64,000 bases of DNA, taken from assembly GCA_951406725.2 (NCBI GenBank), contig OX597817.1:32550001-32614000 (forward strand), written 5' to 3'. The translations under genes were made by a program, and so were the position numbers. A model generated the notes under the pieces. That model did no database searches, had not been told where the DNA came from, and saw only the letters and a program-made list of their open reading frames with translations. This DNA comes from Octopus vulgaris (lineage: Eukaryota). Below are positions 39,606-51,415 of the stretch, piece by piece (position 1 is the first letter of the stretch; each line of letters begins with the position of its first letter).

Positions 39606-39705
39606 AGCTGACAGCTGTTTCGGCCGTGAAGACAGGTATGTCCCATTTAACCTATTAGCCATATAAAGCAGGTATAAATGAGACATTAACAAGAATGTCT
39701 CACGG
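39606..39705 (-). ncRNA. 5'-truncated hammerhead motif with long stem II
   Basis: CCGUGAGACA...UGUCUUCACGG-CC-GAAAC-AGCU-GUC-AGCU; CUGANGA half replaced by (TA)n. Confidence 0.6.
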
Positions 39706-39720
39706 TATATATATATATAA

Positions 39721-39802
<82 letters not shown>

Positions 39803-40846
39803 TATATTTAGGGAGGTTGAGGGGCTGAGAGAAAAAGGACGATACAATGGAGAGAAGTAAAGAAAAAGAGAAAGAGAGAGAGTATCTATATATTTAGAGA
39901 GAAGAAATAGAGACAGAAAGGGAGAGAGAAAAGAAAAGTTATGGCCGTCTGGTTTGCAAACTCTTGAAAAGAATCGACTTGGATAGGGAATGTAAATAAT
40001 GAAATAAAGAAATAAATATATGCCTATCTGTACCTACAGAAAAGCTGTTAAATTAGGAATAACGAAATTTGAACCTATCTACAATAATCAATAATCTCGT
40101 AAGTCAAAGGCAAAACACAGAGAAAAGACCGTATGTAAATTTAACTTTCTACTTTCATCTAACAATAGCTTTCAATAAGTGACAGAAAATGCACAAAGAT
40201 ATTTATCCAGTTTTTCCTAAGAGACGGGTATTTTCAAGGTAGTGGAAGATTTGGAACTTCTTTTCAAATTATTGTAATACCACATGCTGCTTAATACGAT
40301 ACTCTGTTTACGTTTCGTGTATTCATAAGGGCTTTTTTCCCCCCTCTTTCTTCTATATATTACATTTGGTATTTCTTTAAATATGTTGTGTTGTGTTTCT
40401 CTCAGGAGTTATTCAGATTGTGATTTTTTCGATCGAAAATCGGTTATTTTAGAAATTTCGTAAAATCGACGTGTTGTTATTTGCAATGCCCAATTTACGA
40501 TAGAATGTTTACACTTCGTACATTCGTAAACGATTCTTCTTGTTTAATATATTCAATTTATATTTCTTCAAATGTATTCTTTATCACTCGGGAAAACATT
40601 CAGAGGTTTTTAAGGTTTTTTTCTTTTTCTTTTTCTGCGACAGAAATCGCAGCTTTTTAGAAATTTCTTAGCGATTTTCTGGGAGCTTACAAAAAACACG
40701 TGCTGATTAGAGGCTGCCGAAAGTGTATATATGTGATTTTATTTTTGATCTATATAAATGAAGAATTTGCTTCGTTTTGCTGCTTTTCTTTCTTCGAAAT
40801 GAGAAGATACATTGCGCAACTTATTTTAACGAGTTGTATCTCTTTA

Positions 40847-40947
40847 TCACCCGATGAGACATATCTGCACCGCCGGATGCTCCTGAACCACTTGGTAAGT
40901 GTCCCACCCGTGAAGCATCGATGGTAGACGTGTCGAAACACTTGTGA
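40847..40947 (+). ncRNA. Hammerhead-like motif with extended stem II (variant core, damaged stem III)
   Basis: UCAC-CCGAUGA-GACAUAUCUGC...GUAGACGUGUC-GAAAC-AC-UU-GUGA, then AAUAAA. Confidence 0.65.
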
Positions 40948-40995
40948 CTAATAATAAAAATTCTCGTATATTCTATCTTCCGTCTTTCATTTACC

Positions 40996-41026
<31 letters not shown>

Positions 41027-41028
<2 letters not shown>

Positions 41029-41408
41029 CTAGGGTCATAATTATGGGTGGACGCTAAAGAGGGAACGGTTTTGTTATCCAGCTCTGTTTACGAGTGACCC
41101 CTCAGTTTATGGCCACAGGGTATCTTTTTCTCATAAATAACAGTGACAAATTCATATGACATCGCCAGAAAATGTTGCTGACAAAATACGGCAGATATTG
41201 TATTCACCTCAATTGACATCATTGATTGGTTGAAATTGCCGAAAGCAAGAAATTAAACAACAAATAGCTTACAAACTACAGAATTTTCTCAAGAAAGCCA
41301 AGAGAAAAAGATGTTTTATGTAACACAATACCAGTATGCGAAGTTTAAAAGTGTTTAGTTACAAAGAAATTATTTAAAAAATCTGCCGGTCAAAGTGAAA
41401 AAGATACC
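41027..41408 (-). mobile_element. Merlin-like MITE relative, rearranged
   Basis: GGTATCTTTTTC / GAAAAAGATACC inverted ends (41119, 41408); shares blocks with 55754-56169; no TSD found. Confidence 0.55.
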
Positions 41409-41606
41409 AAATTCCTTCAAGAAATCCCGGATAAACCTCCTACGCCCGGATATGTCCCCGTAAACATTAACTTTCTATTCGAGTGGGCCATGTCGGATTC
41501 CTGATTTGAATGACTTCGCCAGGTGGTGCTATAAGTTAGACATGGTCTGTCTGGGCCAATACTAGCCGAAACCTATCAATAAGTGTGTGTGTGTGTGTGT
41601 GTGTGT

Positions 41607-41853
41607 GATCTTTTCCTTTTGATGGACGGAATTCAACACAATTTCTAGTTAACTAAACAATTTGAAACTTCGTATATTGGTAGAATGTGTCAAAAGAAAA
41701 CATTATTTTCACTTGGCTTTTTTGAGAAAATTGTAATTTGTAAGTTTAACGTAGTTTATTTCTTCGAATTTTAACCAATGAATTGCCGGCATTTGAGCTG
41801 AAATCATTTGCTGCGTTATCGATATTGATAAACAAACGAGGAGACGCACGTCG

Positions 41854-41886
<33 letters not shown>

Positions 41887-41965
41887 TCTACCAGTATACG
41901 AAGTTTCAAATTGTTTAGTTAACTAGAAATTGTGTTGAATTCCGTCCATCAAAAGGAAAAGATCC
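41607..41965. mobile_element. Merlin-like MITE with 84-bp near-perfect inverted repeats in a (TG)n site
   Basis: GATCTTTTCCTTTTGATGGACGG...GGTAGAATGTGT (41607-41690) mirrored at 41881-41964 with one mismatch. Confidence 0.8.
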
Positions 41966-42047
41966 TGTGTGTGCGCGCGTGTGTGTATATATATATATAC
42001 ACACACACACACACATGCAGATACCCATATGTGTGTGCGCGAGTTTG

Positions 42048-42095
<48 letters not shown>

Positions 42096-42439
42096 TGTAT
42101 GTATGTATGTATGTATATGCATGTATGTATATATACATAATACATACACACATATATACATGTGTGTGTGTGTAAAGCTTGAGTGGAGAAGAATGAATAT
42201 CAATTTCTTTTACTACTTTGGAGAATATGATGAGCTGTACCGTCCATAAAACTGTTTCTAGCATTACGTCATAATCTTTTGCTTGTATAGTGTTGCATCA
42301 TAATGCCAACGCTTGAGGTTTCAATGTACGTAAAATATATGACGTCATCCATCCTGAACGGTGAATCAAATAGTTGGGTATCGTTAAACAGTTTCCAAAC
42401 CAGTCGGGTGCTTGAGTCAGCTAGATGCTATTTCTAGCA

Positions 42440-42820
42440 TCTTGTTGAGATGCTAGAAATAGCGGCCATCAAATCTTCCACAGATCCTTATAAGCAAAAC
42501 AAATTGGATAACATAATCCTGATTCGAGTGTGTATGCAAAAAATGAGATACTGACGGCTAGACTGGTTTTTGATTAATGATACGTTTGATCTGAGCCGAC
42601 CTGGTGTTAACAGTAACAACCTCATCGTCTGTAACCTGCTAGTGAGTCACTACTTGGTCCCTCGATCTGGCGGAAATAACAACCGCTTAAGTTAACACCC
42701 TACATTAGATAATGTAGTTGTTGGTGGGGAAATGTAAAAAAAAAAACAGAATAGTAATGGTTAGAATGCTTTTAATTATAGATCTGTTTAATTATGGGTG
42801 GTCTGGGACTAAACAATAAT
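42440..42820 (+). repeat. Old interspersed repeat family E fragments
   Basis: GCTAGAAATAGC/AACAGCCAAAT motif and CTGG..CTAAACAA end; related pieces near 1360, 11775, 43560-43770, 48640 and 55130. Confidence 0.45.
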
Positions 42821-44114
42821 TACATAATCTTCCCTTTTATCCGCTCGGCTCTGTTAACAAGCTATCATCATGGGCAGATCATCTCTTCTAGGAATCGAAC
42901 CTACATCAGTGTAGATAAGAGGTAAGACACTATTTTTAGCCAACAATGCCATATTTAGTTTTCACAGTTATGTTGCAAGAGGAAACTAATTTTGGTTGGC
43001 ACAGAATTGGTGGAACTATGTAAGAAATTCTTAAACACATGGAACCTACTTGAAATACATATATATGCACTTTATTACAATGAAATTATTGTGGAAGGAG
43101 ATCAGGTGAAAAGTACATTTTGCAGAATAAAATCTTTGCCATTTTTCTCCTGTTTATATCCTGTCTGAGAACTCGGTTACTGTTGAATATAACAACCGTC
43201 TCCTTTCTGAATAATCTTCTAATTTCAGTTTCAGCACATATTCATTTATTTTCCTTGTTTTCTCGTGTCATTCAGTGTTTTCTTAAAAGTGTGTGTCTAC
43301 GTGTACGCGTGTGCATGCATGTGTGCGAGTGGGTGCATATATTGTTACTTAGCCCCAGGTCATATTTGCATTTTGTATCTCATTAAAACTTTCTATATAT
43401 TCAAAATGCCTTTCATTTTGTATCGTTTTATCGATTATATATATTAAATTAAATGCATAGTTTCAATGCCATCCCCACAGAACGTACATTCGTTCTTTGA
43501 TGTCTTTTATCTTTTACGAGCATTTGATAACTTATCCATTTGAATTGTCATCTTATTGTTGTGAAGTCCCAAGTCAACTTTGATCGAGCAAATCTATGAC
43601 CAAAAGCATGATCAAAAATCTATGATTAAAAGCTGTTGTTACTTATGTCGTTTTTAAGGGGTATCTGAGAATATATTATTTAATGTGTCTTTTTTATATA
43701 TATATATACATATATATAAGACGTTAGGCTTTTTAACTTGAGAGAAACTTGACTATTATTCTAACAGTTTGAAAGACAACGTTGAAATAAGTGCTTAAAA
43801 AATCTGTATAAAAAAGAACGTGAAAATGTTCGCATAAATTAATATCATTGAAATAAAAATGTTATATTTTTAATAACATAAAGTATTCTGAAGTTACTAA
43901 GGGCAACAAGGAAGAAGTGCCAATCTTGATATGTAAAGTTTCGTAGGCTCATAACGAATATTTATGGTCTACTTAAGTGATTTTTTTTTACTTTCACACT
44001 CGATAAATAAATGGCTTTCTTCATTAGATTAAAATGCAACGAAGACAGAGGTTTACCGTTAGGTGGTTATATTTCGGTTTATGTCGGTAAATCATTTTAT
44101 CAATTTGCTAAAAA

Positions 44115-44692
44115 GGATCTTTTCCCTTTGAACAGCAGATTGAGAAATTTTTTTGTAACAAAACACTTTCAAACTTCGGACACTGGTAGAATGTGTCTTA
44201 AAATATATTTTACTCTTAGCCTTTTTGAGAAAAGTTTATACTTACGAAGTTATTTCGTGTTAAAGTTGTCGTATTTCGGTAATTTCAACCTATCAATGAC
44301 GTGTATTCAACTGAATACATTTACTGCCGTTGTTTGTCGGTGGTGTATATTTCGTTTGTCACTGTTATTTATGACATCGTTCGTGTGTTTGTACTGGTTT
44401 TAGCTTTAAGATTTTAGGGTTAGGGCTTTAGGGTTAGGGTTAGGGTTGGGGTTTTAGGGTTAGAGTTACGGGAAAAAAAATGAAGAAATGTAGGGGAGCA
44501 AAAAAGTATTTCCGAAAATAGCTGAAAAACAGGAAAAAAACCCCTAAAAGCAGTAGAAATGTACAAATGATTATTCCTGTTTTTCAGCTATTTTCGGAAA
44601 ACATTTTGCCCCTACCCCAACCCCTCCAATTTCTTAATTTTTCATTTTTTTCCGTAACTCTAACCCTAAAACCCAAACCCAACCCTAAAACC
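44115..44692 (+). mobile_element. Merlin-like left end followed by TTAGGG-containing inverted repeat
   Basis: GGATCTTTTCCCTTTGAAC start; TTAGGG units at 44414-44465; 44437-44535 is inverted at 44574-44692. Confidence 0.65.
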
Positions 44693-45089
44693 TCTCACAC
44701 ACAAACACAAACATTCACGTACTCACACACGCAAACACAAGCATTCACATACCTCCTTTTTACTCACAGTTGAAATGCTGTTTGATTTTTTTTTTCACCG
44801 TAGAATTTCCATCATTCCACTACCAGTTTGCTATCACCCTTCCTTCCTTATTCATCTATTACCCCTTCCTTTCTCATTCATATGTTGTGACGGAGAAAAA
44901 CACAAGAGCATTATTATAGTAGATAATCAAGTCTCAATCAACATAGTTCCCTTCGGAATAATCGTGAGAACAGTATTTAGTTACAGTCCTTTATGTTCTG
45001 AGTTCAGATCTTTTTGAACTCTACTTCATCTTTCTTCATTTCCGTGTCGGTAAAGTACGTAAGAACTATTGTCGATTTATATCTTTATA

Positions 45090-45876
45090 TCTTTATATAT
45101 AAAAGAAAGGTTGTGTGTCTATCTACTCCGATTTAGATTCCTAACTACTCTCACATTTTGCGGTGCAGTTTAACCAAAACCGGGTATCTTATAGTCGTGA
45201 TTCATATCAAGCCCTTCTGGGTATTAGCGCGCGTCTATGATGAGTCTACGATTTTAAAAATAATTTACCATAATTTTTTCCATTTTAATGCATATTTTTT
45301 TTTTTATAAGGGAAGTAACTCTCTAAAATGTCTACGATGAGTCAACGATTTAAAAAAAAAATTTACCATAATTTTTTTTCCATTTTTAATGCATTTTTTG
45401 CTATTTTTTGGCTATAACTCTCTAAAAATGCTTTATAGTTATTTCCCTTACAAAACCAAGCAACGCCGGGCGATACTGCTAGTCTTTATATATAAAAGTG
45501 AGGTTGTGTGCTGTCTGTCTCCTACGATTTAGATTCCTAACTACTCCCACATTTTGCGGTGCAGTTTAACCAAAACCGGGTATCTTATAATCGTGATTCA
45601 TATCGAGCCCTTCTGGGTATTAGCGCGCGTCTACGATGGGTCTACGATTTAAAAAAAATTTACCATCAATTTTTCCCATTTTTAATGCATTTTTGGCATA
45701 TATAAGGGAAGTAACTCTCTAAAAATGTATTATTAAATCTCAGAACGTAAAAAGCTACAGTAACACCCCCCTTTGTGGTTAGCCATATTGAGATGGCTAT
45801 TATACTTTACATCTCTAAAAATGCTTATATAGTTATTTCCCTTACAAAGCCGAGCAACGCCGGGCGATACTGCTAG
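45090..45876 (+). mobile_element. Head-to-tail dimer of non-autonomous Helitron (45090-45482, 45483-45876)
   Basis: A|TCTTTATATATAAAAG start, subterminal GC-rich motif GCAACGCCGGGCG, CTAG|T end; junction CTAG|TC. Confidence 0.9.
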
Positions 45877-46400
45877 TTCATTATATATATCATATGAGAT
45901 GTGAATGAAATTATAATAGAAGCAGCAACTACAACTAAACGGAGAACACCTAATCTATGAAGTACAATGTAACACTTTTAATGAAATAATTGTTTGTGCG
46001 GCTGTACACAATCTCCCCCTTGCGACCTCAGATTCCTCTAATTCTTCCCTTCACTTTGAACTGCTTTCTTCACCATCTATATAATTTACAGTAGTGAATA
46101 TTAAAACAATTTTTGAAATTAAATTATTTTATTAATTGCAATTAAATGAAAAAAATAATAAAGAAAGGAGCCCAAGGTTGGAGAGTAAATGTTAAATTTT
46201 GTAAATATTGATTGGTTTTCATGAAATGATTTTTCTACTGCCATAACAGACAGCAACTGTGAAATTTAGTAGAAGAAACACAAGCTCTGGGGTATGAATC
46301 AGCATGTTTTCCGTATCGTCCCAGAATATATTTCAGACAGACACTGCCAATTCCGGTTTTTGAAAATTGGGTCAGTTGTGAGATATCCACTGTCATATAT

Positions 46401-46820
46401 ATTCCTTTATTGCCCACAAGGGGCTAAACATAGAGGGGGCAAACAAGGACAGACAAATGGATTAAGTCGATTATATCGACCCCAGTGCGTAACTGGTACT
46501 TAATTTATCGACCCCGAAAGGATGAAAGGCAAAGTCGACCTCGGCGGAATTTGAACTCAGAACGTAGCGACAGACGAAATATCTATTTCTATTTCATTAC
46601 TACCCACAAGGGGCTAAACACAGAGGGGACAAACAAGGACAGACAAACGGATTAAGTCGATTATATCGCCCCAGTGCGTAACTGGTACTTAATTTATCGA
46701 CCCCGAAAGGATGAAAGGCAAAGTCGACCTCGGCGGAATTTGAACTCAGAACGTAACGGCAGACGAAATACGGCTACGTATTTCGCCCGGCGTGCTAACG
46801 TTTCTGCCAGCTCGCCGCCT
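46401..46820 (-). mobile_element. Young SINE family B dimer
   Basis: TSD tatccactgtcatata at 46384-46399 and 46821-46836; CpGs intact. Confidence 0.9.
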
Positions 46821-47370
46821 TATCCACTGTCATATATTCCGAGACCAGCAATTGCTGGTAACCTATAGAAGCCACAATTTGCAAGTGTTACTTGAAGATA
46901 TTAACATTAGCACGCTTTTCAAAACTTGAGAAATAATCTCAAATTGCATTAAGCCTGAAGCAGCAATTGTTTCTTTTTAACAATTTGTGATCGCCTTTAT
47001 AACCGTAATAAAGTTATAACTGTAATAACTGTGTATCAAGGATCAAAGGATTCCCAATCCAATCGGTTTATGAGGCCGGTTTCCCGGATTATGTGACATA
47101 GTCAGAGAATCAAAGCTCTGTGTATCATTAGGAGTCTCACTCAAACAAGCATGCGGGCACAAAGATTCACATTTACGTAGTTACATTTGTTAACCATACC
47201 CCAAATGAATGTATGACTATTTTTCTTTGAGATTGATTTAAGTTCCTCTTAATGGAGATCAAGCCGGTCGCAAACAAAGTTACTATACTTTTTGAGTTAA
47301 GACAGTTCCCGGGGTTTGTAATTATGAGGTTGAGTTAGTGCACGCACACACATTGATATTTAGAAGTCAG

Positions 47371-47740
47371 TGGAGGCGCAATGGCCCAGTGGTTAGGGCA
47401 GCGGACTCGCAGTCGTAGGATCGCGGTTTCGATTCCCAGACCGGGCGTTGTGAGTGTTTATTGAGCGAAAACACCTAAAAGCTCCACGAGGCTCCGGCAG
47501 GGATGCTGTACTCTTTCACCACAACTTTCTCTCACTCTTACTTCCTGTTTCTGTTGTACCTGTATTTCAAAGGGCCGGCCTTATCACTCTCTGTGTCACG
47601 CTGAATATCCCTGAGAACTACGTTAGGGGTACACGTGTCTGTGGAGTGCTCAGCCACTTACACGTTAATTTCACGAGCAGGCTGTTCCGTTGATCGGATC
47701 AACCGGAACCCTCGTCGTCGTAACCGACGGAGTGCTTCCC
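47371..47740 (+). mobile_element. SINE family D (tRNA-Arg-like head, body alpha, tail 1)
   Basis: TGGCCCAGTGG A box, GGAC-TCG anticodon-like loop, GGTTTCGATTCCC B box. Confidence 0.9.
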
Positions 47741-47789
47741 TGATTTAGCAGAAGTAGAGTTCGTTTGCATCACCATTAGATATGGTGTA

Positions 47790-47971
47790 TCTGGGGAGAG
47801 CCGTATTGTCTTAATGCCTCATTATCTAACGCACCGATTCGATTTGTCAATGGTTAACAAGGCTGCAAAAGCAACGAAAATTTTGGAAGAAAAAATATTA
47901 ATAATAAGTGAGTGGAAATAGAACTGGTGTGTCTGATAATAAGACATTAAGACAATACAACTCTTCCCAGA
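47790..47971. mobile_element. Unclassified MITE with ~50-bp imperfect TIRs
   Basis: TCTGGGGAGAGCCGTATTGTCTTAATG ... CATTAAGACAATACAACTCTTCCCAGA. Confidence 0.7.
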
Positions 47972-48165
47972 CAATATAATTTGCTTCAATACATGAGTTC
48001 ACATAAAGAATCATGTAAACTGGATACAAAAAAGAAGTGTGTGTGTGTGTGAGCCGTCTGAGAGTCCATAAGTCAGGGAAAATGTATATATATGTGACCG
48101 CGTGTGTACCGTTGGGGATTTTTTTCCCCTCCGTCTTCCCTTCTTTGGATCTTTCCTTTTCCTAT

Positions 48166-48200
48166 GTTTCTGACGAAGAGCTTCGCTCGAAACGTTAAAC
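48166..48200 (+). ncRNA. Minimal type-I hammerhead ribozyme, canonical core
   Basis: GUUU-CUGACGA-a-GAGC-uuc-GCUC-GAAAC-GUU-AAAC; palindromic AACGUU stem III; lies in a ~190-bp pyrimidine-rich unit ending in (TA)n. Confidence 0.85.
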
Positions 48201-48277
48201 CCTCCTTCTTTCCTGAGCGTCCAATAACACTATACTTGTTCCACGTCCTCGCGTTGTTGTGTTTTCATGTTTGGTTG

Positions 48278-48346
<69 letters not shown>

Positions 48347-48677
48347 TGTAGGACAAAAGCCCCATAGTTAAAGTGTGAAAGTGGACAAAAATCCCACGGT
48401 TATATTTTTCGATTTTTTTTTCTCCTTATAAGCTTAACTTTATGTTCTGGTTGAAAATCACCTAAAAAAGATTCTGCGCTCGATACATTCAACTGAAAAT
48501 TCTTCAAGGCGGTGTCTCAGCATGGCCGCAGTCCAGTGACTGAAAGAAGTAAAAAGATTTTTAGAAAAAAAAAAAAAAAAAACGAAGACTAACCAAAAAA
48601 TATAACCGAGGTGGGTTTGAAAAAATATTTCAAGAGATTTGACTGTTATTTCTAGCATGTCGAGAGACCATCTAGAC

Positions 48678-48891
48678 CAGGGGTGGGCAAACTTTTTTGA
48701 TCGCGGGCCGCACAGTGCGTCTTTGGAACCTTGGCGGGCCTCATTTATAAAAATCAAGTGAAAATATTGTGAATTACCGTAGTTACGAAGTATCTGCATA
48801 GAAGTTGGGATTCATAAAAGCTCTCGGCGGGCCGCATGAAAACCTATGGCGGGCCGCATGCGGCCCGCGGGCCGTAGTTTGCCCACCCCTG
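48678..48891. mobile_element. Young hAT/Charlie-type MITE
   Basis: Perfect 16-bp TIR CAGGGGTGGGCAAACT; perfect 8-bp TSD atctagac (48670-48677, 48892-48899); GCGGGCCG subterminal repeats. Confidence 0.95.
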
Positions 48892-48919
48892 ATCTAGACC
48901 TTCATGTGCTACTCTCTTT

Positions 48920-50470
48920 CCTCTTTTACTTGTTTCAGTCATTTGACTGCGACCATGCTGGACCACCGCCTTTAGTCGAGCAAATCGACCCCAGGACTTA
49001 TTCTGTGCAAGCCTAGTACTTATTCTATCGGTCTCTTTTGCCGAACCGCTAAGTTACGGGGATGTAAACACACCAGCATCGGTTGTCAAGCGATGTTGGG
49101 GTGGGGGGCAAACACAGACACAAATACACACACATATAAATACATATATACGACGGGCTTCTTTCAGTTTCCATCTACCAAATCCACTCACAAGGCTTTG
49201 GTCGGCCCGAGGCTATAGTAAAAGAAACTTGCCCAAGATGCCACGCAGTGGGACTGAACCCGGAACCATGTGGTTGGTAAGCAAGCTACTTACCACACAG
49301 CCACTCCCATCATCTAAAAAAAATCCTAGAGTCAATAAAATCAACTAAAAATTCCTCAAGGTGGTGCCCCAGCATGGCCGCAGTCTAATGACTGCAACAA
49401 GTAAAAAGAAAAACAAAAATGAATTATATCACAGAAGTGATCAAGCTTTAAAAAAACTCTGGGTTCGAAACAGCCATCTAAAATAATACTTCAAGGTGGT
49501 GCTCCAGCATGGCCGATCGCGGTCTAATAACTGCAACAAGTAAAAAATAATTCTGGGGTCGTTACATCGATACATTCAAATAAAAGTTCTAAAAGCGAAA
49601 AAATAACCAAAAAATATAACCGTGGGTCTTTTGTCCTACTCCCATATATATAGACGTACGTACCTATACTCTTTTACTTGTTTCAGTCAGTTGACTGCGG
49701 CCATGCTGGAGCACCGCCTTTAGTCGAGCAAATCGACCCCGGGACTTATTCTTTTTGTAAGCCCAGTACTTATTCCATCGGTCTCTTTTGCCGAACCGCT
49801 AAGTGACGGGGATATAAACACACCAGCATCGGTTGTCAAGCAATGCTTGGGGGACAAACACAAACACACACACACACACACATATATATACATATATACG
49901 ACGGGTTTCTTTCAATTTCCGTCTACCAAATCCACTCACAAGGCATTGGTCGGCCCGGGGCTATAGCAGAAGACACTTGCCCAAGATGCCACGCAGTGGG
50001 ACTGAACCCGGAACCATGTGGTTGGTAAACAAGCTACTTACCACACAGCCACTCCTGCGCCTATCCGTATGTTCTGTGAACATGTCCATTTGGTGTTTGT
50101 CCGCGCGCGTGTGCGTCATTACTTTGTATGATGTATGTATGTATGTATACTCTTTTACTTGTTTCAGTCATTTGACTGCGGCCATGCTGGAGCACCGCCT
50201 TTAGTACTTATTCCATCGGTCTCTTTTACCGAACCGCCAAGTTACAGGGACGTAAACATACCAGCATCGGTTGTCAAGCGATGTTGGGGGGGACAAACAC
50301 AGACACATATATATATATACATATATACGACGGGCTTCTTTCAGTTTCCGTCTACCAAATCCACTCACAAGGCATTGGTCGGCCCGGGGCTATAGCAGAA
50401 GACACTTGCCCAAGGTGCCACGCAGTGGGACTGAACCCGGAACCATGTGGCTGCTAAGCAAGCTACTTAC
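48920..50470 (-). mobile_element. Cluster of three family A SINEs (48920-49307, 49668-50062, 50149-50470) with tail fragments between
   Basis: Reverse-complement matches, CpG-intact. Confidence 0.9.
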
Positions 50471-51415
50471 CGTACGTGTCTGCATGCATATAGTGTTTAC
50501 AAACGCAATCCTTTGCATAAATGAAATCTTTGCGCGCCTATGTCTGTCTGGGTGAAATTGAAAGCAAAGCAGATAAACTCAAAATAAAAAAAAAAAGTAC
50601 TTTCCAGTCGACCTTCAATTAAATCATTCAGCTTATTGTTAATGTTTCCTTTACAATCGCACAAATATCAATATTTCATTCACGAATAGACGTATTTAAC
50701 ATTGCACTTGATGATACGTATGTACGTACAAAAGTACGTATGTACGTATTATGTGTGTTTATGTACGTATACATATGGGTATGAATATGAATGTATAATG
50801 ATGAAATTCCGTGAAAATAAAATTGTCATAACGAAAAATAAGTCGTAGACACCATTATTTCATACAATACACAAAAATATTAATGAAAAATAAGAATTCA
50901 TTATCAAGTATTAGCCTGAGCGAAGCCATTCTAACCGTAACGTTCTCGTCCTTTTCAAGGAATTGTTTTTCTTTTTCCAAATTTTTCAACTGTTGGCCAT
51001 TTGTAAGACCAAAGGCGAGCCAGTCTATCTCATCTTTTTTTTTATGGAATTGAGAGGCAAATGTTCCAGTGACGATGATCATGGCTTTTTTAAAATCTAT
51101 ATTTCAACTCAAATAGAGACAATACGACTAAAAAATAAAATAAAATAACCAATACAAATTTTTGAAGTGTCCTTTAATAATTTCTATCCTGTATGTATCT
51201 ACGATGTTCCGGTATATATGATCATATACCCTTATGTAAATATACAACTGTATTTATATAATACTAGATATGCGTATTGATGTAAGATGTACGTATATAA
51301 TTTGGAATGTTGGAATTAATAATAGTTTATTGAGATTACGAAACAGCTGTAATCATATGGAAATAATAAATCTGTATTCACGTTTCATAGACCTGATTAT
51401 CACTTTCTCCTCGGA

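Noticed and set aside
44414-44465. True telomere or chromosome fusion site
   Set aside because: Only a few imperfect units, embedded in a transposon-like element with relatives elsewhere in the window
47371-47445. tRNA-Arg gene
   Set aside because: It is the head of a multi-copy SINE; there is no proper acceptor stem or terminator and it continues into the SINE body
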